Source: the human T2T-CHM13v2.0 reference genome, Homo sapiens. Taken from it: 64,000 nt of DNA. The notes beneath the pieces are model-generated. The model had not been told where the DNA came from, ran no database searches, and worked only from the letters and a program-made list of their open reading frames with translations. The stretch lies in assembly GCF_009914755.1 (NCBI RefSeq), contig NC_060928.1. The stretch is one strand, 5' to 3'. A program made the translations under genes and the position numbers. Of the stretch, positions 12,944 to 27,995 are shown piece by piece; the stretch's first letter is position 1; each line of letters begins with the position of its first letter.

Positions 12944-14739
12944 AATGAATGTTGTGGTCCCACCACATGGACCACATTTAATGTTAGTTTCCTAGAAGTA
13001 TGTTTTATAACTGAATAGAGATAATTTTCTATATTGTATTCCAACCCGGATGATATACATATATATTCGGTAAGATTTTTCAATTTTCTTTGTTCTCACT
13101 CCGTATTTATCAAAAATTAATTTTATGAATAATTTGGTCATGTAAGTTAATAATGCAGGCTTAGTTACTCAGGGATTGCTCTGGAGCAAGAAAAAAGTTA
13201 CTCACTTCTACCTTCTGTACCCCTTCATCTTTCACTCTGCCACTGCCAATAAAACCCTCCAAAGAAATCCGACATCTTAGACTACAAAAAATGCAGCCAT
13301 CTTGGGAAACCTGTAGCAAGTACACCCAGCAGAAAGGGTCAAAATCTTAAAGATTGTGACAAATCTGTAATCCCACAGAAGGGATGAGGCATGCCAAGTG
13401 TTTGATGTCTACAAAAACCATTTTCCTTAGACAAAAGCTGAAAGGCATAGGAGAAGTAATATAAAGCAGAAAAAATGAAAAGCAAAAATTATAAAGAAGA
13501 CAAGAATGGCAATCTATTTATAATAATAGTTTTGATAACAACCATTTAGATAAGAATAGTTAATGAGGCCAGTGAAAGAGGAGATAAAGTACTAAAACGG
13601 ACTATTCTCCTATTGTGAGGACAGGATCTCTGTTAGCTCTGTCTCAGATAATTTGTACAGCCCAAGTGGAGAAGGAAGAACCAGCAGTGCTATAAAAGAT
13701 AAGTTCTGCTGTCCAATCTAGGGAGAAAAAAGCAACCACATTGACCACATTAGAGCTCAGGAGTCCAAACACTGCTAGTTGCCAAATAAACTTTATTAAT
13801 AGAGACGACCTCCCCCTTAGCAGTTTTATAAGCACTATTGCTTTTTTATATAGACTTGAGAAGGTTAGTTTACTTGTCAGAAAGTAGGCCAGAAAGCAAT
13901 GTTTTAGAAACAAGACGTTTGGGACTGCTACAGAGATCCAATGCTCAGGCTAAATCACGTGATACATTTCATGTGAAGCTAAGTATTTGGAACAAGAGAT
14001 GCCAGAGGTCTAATCAGCAAGAATAATAAACAATTAGAAGAATGGCAGCCAAGCCTAGAGAAACTGTCTGGAGAAAGAGTACTGGAGGATTTGTGGTCTA
14101 ATGTGCATTTGTGCTTAGTAAAAGATTAGCTGTTCCTAGATTTTTAAATTTAATTTTAAGTGTTATTCCTGAGGATTATGGTAATCGCATCTCTTTGCTT
14201 CTATAAGGGATTGGTGAGAAGCAGTAGCAATATTTGAATCCAGTTATTTGTGAGTGGGAGATGTACTATATCATTAGGTGTCATTTTCACCGAATACGTT
14301 ATTATCAGCAGGTAATAAGAAATGTGCATCATTACAAATTCTCATCTGGTATTTTGTGCTCAAACAGACAAGGTATGTCTTCTGTGGCAGCACTGAGTGA
14401 TCACATAGAGACTGGTGTCAAAAAATGGCTCTTATAAATTACAGGATACATTTTAATAGTTAAACAATTATCTAAAGAGGCACCACTGGAAAATTGTTTA
14501 GTAACAATTGGCTGATTTTTATGATGAAGGATAATTCAATTAAAAAAATTATTTACAGCCTCCTTTGGTTCAGAAACTGTGCCATGCTTTGGGCATTCTA
14601 AATGAATTTTGTCTTCCAGGAGTTCATCTTCTAAGCAGCTTTATGGAGAATGTCATAGTTTTTTCCCAAATTTTCTTCATATATGATTAGACAAAATATT
14701 TAAATCTGTGCTATATAATATTTTGTGGTATTTTGATTT

Positions 14740-15135
14740 TAATTTTATGAGTGGATAATACATTACCATGGTTTAAACTTCAAAAGTTTCAAAGCGCTTT
14801 CCAATTCCCTTCTATAGATGCAACCAGTGCTATCATTTTCTAGTGTATGTCCTTGCAAATGTTTTGTGCAGACACACAAAAATGCACGTATATATTTAAC
14901 CATCCCCCTTTCTGAAAACAAATACACACTGTCGAGTTACCTTTTTCTTTTTACTTTAAAAATACACCTTGGATATATGTTCATGCTAATATTAAAAAAA
15001 ACTTCCCATTCTTTTCTATGGATGTATAATATTACATTGCATGCATGTATTATAATTTACTTAAGCAGTACCCTACTGATGGACATTTAGGTTTTTTCCA
15101 TTCTTTTGCTATTACAGGAAATATTCACATGAGTA
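14740..15135 (-). mobile_element. L1ME 3' end remnant
   Basis: tattataatttacttaagcagtaccctactgatggacatttaggttttttccattcttttgctattaca. Confidence 0.75.
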
Positions 15136-15392
15136 ATTTCAACACTGATATTCTAAAGTGAGCTAGAGTGACTGCATTCCTGTTTCCCAGCCCATATTCC
15201 ATAGAACACAAGTCTCATGAGATGTTCAATATCCAAAAGGGTTCTATAGTTAAATAACTTTGATTAACTCTGGGTATTTGTTGATGTTTATAGTGCATAC
15301 TGTCAAATTAAAAGAAATCTTGCAATAATCTGCTTCGATGTAATCCAAGTGTTTCCTGACCTCACATTTTCTCAAGGAATGGAATACACTAT

Positions 15393-15758
15393 TGTTTTAG
15401 GTCAGGTTCTTGGGAAGCAGACTGAGATGGAAATATACATGCGAGAGGCTTACTGGGGCATGTTCTAAGGAACAACACCTGATGGAAGTAAGGGCAGATC
15501 AAAACAGGGTGGGCAGAGGGAGAAGTTGGACTGTGATGCAGTTGGAACAGTGGCCTCACTGGATCCAACAGGGAGCCCTCTAGAGGCAGGATGGCCCTTT
15601 GGGGATGTTACAGCTCTGGAAGGGAAGCAGGCCAGATTCCTGGAAGGGAAGCAGGCCAGATTCCTGGAAGGGAGAGCTTTCTTCCATTGAAAGCATTTAT
15701 CAGGAGGGGCTCAGCTATGAGCTGTCAGCTGGAACAATGAATTTCATTGTTCACTACA
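15393..15758 (-). mobile_element. LTR16-family (ERVL) solo LTR
   Basis: tgttttaggtcaggttcttgggaagcagactgagatgg...aacacctg...gggcagagggagaagttggactgtgatgcag, with TG...CA termini. Confidence 0.7.
15616..15673. repeat. Perfect 24-bp tandem repeat, 2.4 copies
   Basis: ctggaagggaagcaggccagattc x2 followed by ctggaaggga. Confidence 0.97.
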
Positions 15759-17541
15759 ACTCTGTATAGAATCTTCAAATTTTTAAAGGAAATGCTTATC
15801 AGTTCCTAGAGTGTCTTGCTGGTCAGAGCAAGTCACTTGGTCTCCAGGGACTCAGTTTCTTGCTGTATGAAATATGGATGCTGAGCTGAAAGTTCTTTAG
15901 AGTTTATAACATTCTTTGCATCTATTTCCATTTCAGTATGTGCTAATTGAATTCCAAGGTCAGACATAAGTTTTCCCCAAGACATACTTGGCCATATAGA
16001 GGCCTATGATGTGGATAGATAAGCTCTAACTTTTTAATATTTCTGCTGTGCAGTTATGGAAAAAAAGTGCATTGTTATAATGCTTTCAAGTATGTGTTAC
16101 TTAACTTGGGGCAGACTCTTGGGGCGAAGGTGCATAAGAGCTGAATTAGAGCTTTTTATTAAAATATAAAAATATATTTTTAAAATATTTTGGTTACCTC
16201 TTGTTGGGTGTTTGCTGGAGAAGCTAGCTTGCTATCTTCCTAGGAACATTGGCCCATATTGATAAAATTGAAGAAATATACTGGCATAGGGTGTAAAAGA
16301 GAGAGGAGCATAACTGGCTTTAAAGCACATTCTTAGGAGCTCTTATTTATTCTCCTTTTAGAAGCTCAGGAAGCAAACAGGTATAGACAAACAGCTATAG
16401 CAATTTCTCAGGGACCTTCCATTTGGGAATCAGATGGGTCTAAATGCCCATCCTATGTCATTTATGGTACTTGTGAATTTCATTCTCATGCTCCTGCAGG
16501 ATTCATCAATTGTGGTTGTTATTGATGGAAGCTTGTTTCCTGGTAGGAGTGGGGAAAGGGCTCAGGGAATGGGCCTCTCTTAAGTGTGCCTGGTAGAGTT
16601 AATGAAGGTTCATAAAGAGGATGGAAAACATATCCAAGAAAAAGAAAATGTTCTTTAAGATAAGGAAATGGGAAGTGAAATCAAATTTAAGGCGGTATTA
16701 TACAAACATGATGCAGAGAAAAAAGCAAAAAGAAAAAAAAAAACAATTCTAAGATTGGTGGCTGTATGGGTGTAAGATCAACTTTTAAACTGAATGTAAG
16801 TTTTTCTAAAAAACCTTAATCTTTTTCTTCAACACAAAGCTTCATGCGGATTCTTGGATCATACTGAAATTTGATTAAGATGTTTCTTAATTTATTTTAT
16901 AAAATAAAAGTTATACTACTTTACTTTTTTAAATGGCATAATAAGTTGGATTACCCTTATAAAAAAACATAGAAGTTACACTGTTTTTAGGTTTTCTAAT
17001 TAAATAATCTGTTGCCATATTTATACCCCCGAATCACATATACCTTAAAATATTATACTATATTATGATGTTGTGTTTTACTACTTCGTATTTGAGTGGA
17101 GACTTTGCCACTTCACTTTTAGAATAAACGTTTACAACTTATTTTCAACACCTTCTTCAGACTTGGTCAATAACTTAATATCAAACACACAAATACACTT
17201 GACATCATGTGTGCTTTGTGATATTTTGTGATAAAGAGAAAGACAATTTACTAGAGAGCTATATGAAGCATTATAGGTTTTAAAAAATGATATATGATTT
17301 TTTTCTCCAAAATGATGTAGCTTTAGTCAGCAAGGACATGAGTTAAATTATGGGGAACTCTGAGGATTGTAGAAAAGATTTCCCCAAGAAGTTCAGTCTT
17401 GACTTATGCAGTTTTCTCCATATGAGTCTTCCTGTTTTTTTATAGCATGATCAGGTATGTAGGTAACCATAAATCTGAGGAAGGGAGGATTACTCAATAC
17501 ATAATTATTAATCCTCTTATCCGTACCTTTGACTCTTACAG

Positions 17542-17663
17542 AATCCATTCCAATATATGGCCATGTGGCTCTTTGGAGCAATGTTCCATCATGTTCCATG
17601 CTGCTGACGTCACATGGAGCACAGAAATCAATGTTAGCAGATAGCCAGCCCATACAAGATCGT
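17542..17663 (+). other. Candidate 122-nt exon (coding status unknown) overlapping a CRE motif
   Basis: Acceptor ccttttgactcttacag-like pyrimidine tract ending ag at 17540-17541, donor gtaagt at 17664. One open frame (xSIPIYGHVALWSNVPSCSMLLTSHGAQKSMLADSQPIQDR), which I do not recognise. TGACGTCA at 17605-17612. Confidence 0.3.
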
Positions 17664-17849
17664 GTAAGTAAAGTTTTAAAAGTTTTATCATGCAATACAG
17701 ATACTTTTATATAATAGCATAACTAATAATAAGGAAAATGTGGCAAAACAGGTGAAGTTATATATACTCACAGCTTTTAAAATGAGCATCTTGGTTTAAA
17801 AAATATACCCTTTGTTATTGCATGCTTAAAGCATATATTTGAAGGCACA

Positions 17850-18071
17850 GAATATTGCACATAATTTTTTTTCTGAAAAGAGCCACTTAGTAAATATTAT
17901 AGGCTTTGAGAGTCAAATGCTCACTGTCACAATGAGTCAACTCTGCCCTATTACCTGAAAGAAGCAATAATCGTGTAGGTGTATGGCTATGTCCCACCAG
18001 AAGTATTTACAAAAACAGGCGGCTGATGAGGGTTGGCCTCTGGGTCATAGTTTGATAGTTTGTCAATTCTA
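17850..18071 (+). mobile_element. MER58A (hAT-Charlie MITE)
   Basis: ttttctgaaaagagccacttagtaaatattataggctttg...caactctgcc...tatttacaaaaacaggcggc...catagtttg. Confidence 0.75.
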
Positions 18072-18309
18072 GGCATATAAAATGACAGAATTGTGCATAT
18101 CACTTTCTGTATATTACTGGGTTAATTTTGAAAGAACTTGCGTGCTTAAAATTAAATAATAAGTGTAATCAAACTATCTAATTTTTGAATGAGTTTATGT
18201 AAGGATATTAGAAGATAATGTAGATTAGATTTTTTAAATGACTGAGTCTTTTAAGGAGTATTTTAGAAAAATGTAAGGTCAAGTTCAGTCTCGATAACTA
18301 AACAAAATA

Positions 18310-19856
18310 TAGTAAGGTATAACTTGATGATGGAGATATGTTCTAAGAAATGCATTGTTACACAATTCTGTTGTGGGAACATCCTAGGCTGCACTGACAC
18401 AAACTGAGATGGTATAGCCTATACATGCCTAGTCTATATGGTATAGCCAGTTGGTTCTAAGCTACAAACCTGTACAGCATGTTACTGTACTGAATACTGT
18501 AGGCAATTGTAACACAATGATAAGTATTTGTGTATCTAAACACAGAAAAGATACAGTAAAAATATAATATAAAAGATAAAAAATTATATCCTGCATAGGC
18601 CCCTTAAGATGGATAAATTTTACAATACTGGAAGCTGCTCTGGTTGATTCAATGAGTGAGTGGTGGGGGAATGTGAAAGCCTAGGACATTACTTCACACT
18701 ACTGTAAACTGTATAAACACTGTACACTTAGGTCCTACAAAATTTATTAAAATATTTTTCTTCTTTTAATAATAAATTAACTTTAGATTATTATAATTTT
18801 TTAAAGTTAAGAAACAAACATTTTCTTTAACTTTTTGACTTTTGTAATAACACAACTTAAAGCACAAACATATTATACAGCTGTACAAAAATGTTTCTCT
18901 TTACATCCTTATTCTGTAAGCTTTTTTTCTGTTTTTAAAAATTTTTAATTTTTACTTTTTAAATTTTTTTATTAAAAACTAAGACATAAACTCACACATT
19001 AGCCTAGGTCTACACAGAGTCAGGATCATCAACATCACTGTCTTTCTCCTCCACGTCCTATCTCACTGGAAGGTCTCCAGGGGCAGTAACACACATGGAG
19101 CTGTTATCTCCTATGATGTCAATGCCCTCTTCTGGAATATCTCTGAAAGGTACTACCTGAGGCTGTTTTACAGTTAACTTTTAAGAAAATATAAGTAAAA
19201 GGAGTACACCATACAATAATGATAAAAAGTATAGTATAATAAATACATAAACCAGCAACATAGTTATAATCAAGTATTATGTACTGCATATAATTTTATG
19301 TTATACTTTTATATGACTGGCAGCACAGTAAGTGTGTTTCCACCAGCATCACCATAAATTGAACAATGCACTGTGTTACGACATTATGACGTCGATGTGG
19401 TTTGGATTTGTGTCTCCATTGTTGGAGGAGGGGGCCTGGTGGGAGGTAATCAGATCATGGGGCAAACTTCCCCCTTGCTGTTCTCATGATAGTGAGTTCT
19501 CACGAGATTTGGTTGTTTAAAAGTGTGTAGCACCTCCCCCTGCTCTCTTTTCCTCCTGCTCTGGCCATGTAACACATGCCTGCTTCCACTTCATCTTCTG
19601 CCATGATTTTGTTTCCTGAGGCCTCCCCAGTCATGCTTCCTGTATAACCTGCAGAACTGTGAGTCAATTAAACATTTTTTTCTTTATAAATTACCCAGTC
19701 TCAGGTAGTTTTTTATAGCAGTGCGAGAATGGACTAATACAGACATCTTTGTCACCAGCTGCTAGGAATTTTCAGCTCCACTATAATCTTATGGGACCAC
19801 CTCATTGTATATGCAGTATGTCATTGACTGAAACTTCATTATGGGGCGTGTGACTT
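18310..19856 (+). mobile_element. Tigger3b-like DNA transposon, interrupted by MSTA
   Basis: Tigger3 motifs (gctacaaacctgtacagcatgttactgtactgaatactgtaggcaattgtaacacaatg, cacacattagcctaggtctacacagagtcaggatcatc) and terminus gactgaaacttcattatggggcgtgtgact. Confidence 0.88.
19393..19741 (+). mobile_element. MSTA solo LTR (MaLR)
   Basis: (c)gatgtggtttggatttgtgtc...ttctttataaattacccagtctcaggt...ggactaataca. 5-bp TSD gacgt (19388-19392) / gacat (19742-19746). Confidence 0.9.
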
Positions 19857-20167
19857 TAAAGCCACAGAAATAAATCCAAGCATCTGGCTTCTTACTGGTA
19901 AAGTGAATATATACATTTCATTTTCACTTTCAGTTATAATTTCTAATTAACACTCTCAGATAGAATTCTGTAGCATGTATACTAGATCAAGATAAACAGT
20001 AGAATAAGTAAAGGACTTTAAGGAAATTGAAACATTTTATAAGAACTCCAAGAGGAAAAAGGCAGTTTATTTTTCCATCATTTTTAGTATGAGAAAATAA
20101 AATAAATATAAATTCAAAGAAAAAACACGGAAATCATGCTCTTTGACAGTCATTATTTATAAACTGA

Positions 20168-20856
<689 letters not shown>

Positions 20857-21789
20857 AGTGTCTTATTGATACACACAGATTAGGTATTGCTACCATTGAG
20901 GGGTTAAAAAAGAAGCAGGGGGAAATTTTGAGTATTGAGTGATAATATTTGAGACATTTTTAGTAATAGCAATGTGGTTGTGAAGTGTCTTGTCACTGAG
21001 ATATTGATGGAAATGAATAAACATTCTTTTTAAAAAAATTTATTCTGATCAATTCTGTGGCAAATAAGCTATGGCAGGGGAATTTTGCTTAAATGAAATC
21101 ATGCTTGAAATATGCAAGAGATTTAAACAGGGATCTCCCCTAGTATATGAGTAGTAAATAAGTGTTTTGAAGTCATAAGAAGAGTGTCGTGTGCCTTCTG
21201 TTTTTCTTTTTATGAATTCTGTTTGATTCCTACATTTTTTAGGTTCAGCTTCCTTTGTTGGGATACTTAAAAACAGGTACATTTTGATTGCTTATTTCTT
21301 GGTGGCCAGTGATAGTTATTCATGTCAGGATTTAGGTGGAATTAAAGACCTCAAGTATCTCTTTCAATTTGCACAGTAAAACAGGCAAGTAAGTGTAATT
21401 TGTTCCTTGGTGAGCTCTGCTCTTACTGTAACAAGAACCCAGAAAGGCACTATTTGTATCAGTTAATCCCTTGAAGGTAGCTTTTATTTTGGATAGTCAA
21501 CTGGGGAATGTAATGGGCTCCATGCTAAAGAAACTTTCACTGTGAAACATTTCTGCCAACCGAATCTCACTTGTAGTCTTTATCATGATTTCTTTGCTAT
21601 AATTTTTACATTCTGAAAATAAATGCATTTATAAAGCAGAATTTGGGTATAAACTAAGTTACTAGGAACCTCACCAGTGCATGCTTTCACTCAAGGCCCC
21701 TCCTCTTTTATTTTAGCTAGGGATGCAGCTTACAAGCTTGGGTGGCCTTGAGTCACCACTTTTAACTCAATTTAGTTAAAGCTTTTAAT

Positions 21790-22335
21790 TTTGTTTCTTA
21801 TTATCTCTTTGATTATCAGGGTATTATGCGCTCATTATAGAAGAGTGAAAACTACAGAAAAGTTTAAAGTGGGGAAAATATCACCAGGTGCCGTAATTAC
21901 TAGAAGGCAACTAAACACATGACTGTTAACACGGTTATTTTGTTTACGTGGTTGTTATAAAAAAGATTGAAAAGTTGCGTTCTGGTTTTGCTTGTTTACC
22001 AGGAAATTGTGACATTTCTCTGTGACATTACATAAGTAAACATTATTTTAATGTGTATATAATACTCTAAAGTAGGTTCCAACCCATCATTCCTTTCTCT
22101 AATTGTTGATTATTATAAATAGCACTTCAGTGATTATATTTTTGAATAAATTTTGTCCAAATTTATGATAATTCATTAGGTACATTTCCTAGGAAGGGAA
22201 CTAAGATGTCTAAAGTATAAATATTTTAATGGTGCTCTTATCCCAAAAATGATGTACAAATTTACACTTTTGTCATCCCTACACCTTCATCATCTCTATG
22301 TGAGTCTTGGTGATACTGCATCCTCACCAGTGCTG
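21790..22335 (-). mobile_element. L1ME 3'-region remnant
   Basis: attcattaggtacatttcctaggaagggaactaagatgtctaaagtata...caaaaatgatgtacaaatttacactt...catcctcaccagtgctg. Confidence 0.6.
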
Positions 22336-23090
22336 ATGTTTCACAATCCTTTCTAGTTCTATGAAGAATAGGGCAGCAGTTTATGCCAAATGTAATTCTC
22401 TTGGAAACCACAGAGAAAATTATGAGAATGGCATTGAAGGGAATCCCACAAACTAGGTCAAGCAAAACCCAGAGACAGTGAGTAACCATAAAATCCAGAA
22501 CGTGTTACTGTAGATAGGCAAAAGCAACTGAAATTAGCAGAATTTGTGCAGGAAATACTGCCAGGAAGAATGAGAGTGTGGAGGAGCCACAGAGTGATAG
22601 CAGGTGTTGATGACTGTCATCAGGTAAGTATTCTAAGAAGGAAAGAGCCCTGTTTTGAGTGGGAGCTAAACTCAAATAGGGAGTCATTCCTGGGAGAATA
22701 GGAGAAAGATGTTTTTGTTCCCATAAGAGGCAGATCTCAGAAAGCACATCTTTTAAAAAGGAGAGAAATGCATTGGAAGGAAGGGGTTGTATCCCTTGGT
22801 GGCAGTATCTAGTGAGGAAGCTGGAGGAGCTCAGAGATGGTGCACGTGCCATTCCTCGTAAGATCCAATGGACTTCACAAGGTGCATCCTGACAGGCAGA
22901 GTCGGATTCCTGCCTGCACTGTGCACTTAGTGCCTGGGATTTTTCTCCTTGTATGGAGATGCGGACAAGTTAACAGCCTGTGTGGCTCATCTTTGACCAA
23001 TGGGATACAAAAGTTGGCAACACATTCTTCCCCTTTTCTCTGCCTGGGTGTGACCTCTTGAAGTACAGTTTGTGTACCGCTGTGCACTTA

Positions 23091-23140
23091 GAAATGGCGA
23101 GCTCTGTTGCACTCCCTTATATTGGCTCCCTCCGCCCTCC
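23091..23140 (-). promoter_or_regulatory. Promoter-like motif cluster (GC box, CCAAT, TATAA, YY1)
   Basis: On the minus strand: GGAGGGCGGAGGG (23128-23140), CCAAT (23121-23125), TATAA (23117-23121), CGCCATTTC (23091-23099). Motif match only. Confidence 0.25.
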
Positions 23141-23199
23141 ATTTCTGTTTTTTGTTATTGTTGTTGTTGCTATTATTTCTTCTCCTTATTTTCACTTCT

Positions 23200-24160
23200 T
23201 TCTGCTTTCCTGGAATCATACCCCTCAATAAAATACTTTTTTCTGTGTCTCATGATGATGTCTTACCCGTCATACCTTTATTGTTTTTCTGATTTCTATT
23301 GGGATTTCTTTACTGTTCCATGGATTATTTAAAAATGTATTGCTTAATTTTCAAGCAATTGAAGATTCCCTAGTTGTCTTTTTCGTTTTTAGATTTCACA
23401 GCCAGATTTCTTTCAGAGAATAAAACATTGAGTACTTTTAGTCCTTTTAGTTTTGTCATGACTTGCCTTAGGCCCAACATATGGTTAATTTTGGCAAATG
23501 TTCCAAGAGGACCTAACAAAAGTAAGTTTTGCCATTGAGTACAATGCACCTTAGAGAACAGGTAGGTCAAGTTTATTGTTTTTTCCACATCTACTCTGTC
23601 CTTGTTGACTTTTTCTTTTACTGTGTATTCTATCAGCTTTTGAAAGAGATGTTTTTAAATTACCCGCAATGACGGTGAATTTGCCTATAAGCCTTAAAGC
23701 TGTGATTTTAGAAGACTATAGATTTTGGAATGTGAGACCTTCCTGGTAGTTTGACCTTTTCATAGTTAAGAAATGCACACCATCATCTTTGTAATAAGGC
23801 TACCTGCGTTAAAGTCTGCTTTGTTATTAATATAGCTACCTCAGCTTATTTCATTTAATATTGCATGATATATATTTTCTCATCCATTTACTTTCAGCCT
23901 GTTTTTGTCTCTGTGTTATGTATGTGCATCTCTTGTAAACAGCATGTAGCTGTGTTCTTTGTTACTGTTTTGAATTCAGCCTGACAATCTTAGTCTTTTA
24001 CGGAGTATTTAGTTCATTTTTATTTAATGTAATTACCGATGTATTTGTGTTTGTATTCATCAACCTATTTTTTTTCTGTTTGACTCAGTTTTTATGTAGC
24101 TTTTTCTTCCTTTGTTGTTATTACTTAGCTATTTCAACATGCATCCTTTGCATATTACAT
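23200..24160 (-). mobile_element. Old L1M ORF2 (endonuclease region) remnant
   Basis: gacttgccttaggcccaacatatggttaattttggcaaatgttcca...taatatagctacctcagctt...atatattttctcatccatttactttcagcctg. Confidence 0.7.
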
Positions 24161-24199
24161 TCTATCTAATGACTTGTTTTAAGAAGAGATAATTGCAGT

Positions 24200-25620
24200 T
24201 TGATTTAAACCCTTAAAGAAGAATAAAAACTTCAAATTGTTTCCATGAAGTGAGAATGCCACTGATATCTAAGTTTGATAAAAATTTCACAAAAAAACTA
24301 TTTCCCAATTTTATTTATGAATATCAGTGCAAAACTCTTCATATTATTGGCAGAAAAAAAATCCAGCAACTCATTAAAAAAGTAATCATTAAAAAAGTAA
24401 CTCATTAAAAAAATAATATCATGATCAAGTAGGGTTCATTCTAGGAATGAAAGATTGTGAACTCTATTAAAATAATTTATCATATTAATTGGTCTAAAAA
24501 TCATATGTTAATTTCTATAGATGCTGAATATTTATTTGACAAAATTCAACAGCCATTGTGGATATTTTTTAAAAAGACAACTCAATAAAATAAGAGTTAA
24601 AACATTTTATAAACAAGGTGAACTGACAAACTATTTATGCTATAGGGGCAGAAATTGGGTGATCCCTTTCTTCCCCATTATAAAGGTCACAGCCTACACA
24701 CCCTTATAACGAAAGACAGATTAACAAGAGAAATGCATAGCACATTTATTTGATCATAGTTTTATGTGACACAGAAGCCTTCAAAAATGAAGACTCAAAG
24801 ACTCAGGGTAAACTATCCATTTTCATACTGGTCTTTTTGGAATGTTTATGGAGACTTCATTAGCTAGGCATGATTGAAGCATAAATGGCCAATGTAGAAC
24901 TGTGCTTGGCAAAAACGGCATGATCTAATGTTAATAGACCTGGTAGGGAAATCTCAACAAGGCCTGTTCAGATTCTTCTTGCCCTATCTATGCAGCATTC
25001 CTTCCTCCCAGGTATGGGATATGGCCCATCTGGAATGAAGTCTTAATTTCTTTTTGGCCAACTGTTACATGGAAAGGTCGGGGAAGTTGAGAGTAATATT
25101 TTTAGGTTTTATGCCTGGCTTTGGTGAAAAGGGGTTCTGGCTCCTATGACCTGCCTTGAGGAAGAGGGCTTCTAGTTTCCGCAGCTCTCCTTGGGGAAGA
25201 ATGAGGCTAGGGGAAGAATGAGGCTGAGAGGAGAGAGTAGGAGGTCAGAGAGAAACTTGCTTCTGAGACTGCTTCTGAGGCCTTCATTTTGAAATATAAT
25301 TTTTTGAGCCCTGAGAATGCACACAAACAAACAGAAACACACAGCACACAAACACACAATCTTGTCTCAAAGCCATTTTGTAATGAATAACAAAACACTA
25401 GAGGCATTTCTGCTTATTCTGTTAAAAGTATAAATCAGATAAGGATGCACAATTCTCAACCCTGCTACTGATGCTGTACCAGAGATTTTAGCCAACAAAG
25501 CAGATACAAGAGACAAATGAAGTCTTAAGCTCTAAGACCTAAGCAGGTGGAAGTAAAACCTTTATGTTTCTGTGACTTAATATTTCAAAAACCCCCAAAT
25601 AACCTGTGAGAGTTTCTAAC
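24200..25620 (+). mobile_element. Old L1ME ORF2 (RT region) remnant split by a MER39-like LTR
   Basis: catgatcaagtagggttcattctaggaatg...tatagatgctgaa...tttgacaaaattcaacagcc. Resumes at 25340 (ctagaggcatttc...ataaggatgc). Contains a 15-bp unit tcattaaaaaagtaa x3 at 24371-24416. Confidence 0.7.
24641..25316 (-). mobile_element. MER39/MER39B-like solo LTR (ERV1)
   Basis: tttatttgatcatagttttatgtgacac, ggggttctggctcctatgacctgccttg, gcttctgaggccttcattttg...tgagccc. 4-bp TSD atgc (24637-24640 / 25317-25320). Confidence 0.85.
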
Positions 25621-25695
25621 CATTACTCAATTCCAGCATCTAAAATAGGAAAAACAGAGATAAATCTGACTCATTAAAAAAATTCTTTGGTGGGC

Positions 25696-25698
<3 letters not shown>

Positions 25699-25743
<45 letters not shown>
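25699..25743. repeat. (AC)22 microsatellite
   Basis: Uninterrupted ac repeat. Confidence 0.98.
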
Positions 25744-25746
<3 letters not shown>

Positions 25747-25769
25747 CCAACAACAAAAAAACCCTCTGG

Positions 25770-27995
<2,226 letters not shown>

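Noticed and set aside
22514-22623. Open frame ending at a consensus CAG|gtaagt donor
   Set aside because: The upstream acceptor lacks a pyrimidine tract and the peptide is unrecognised.
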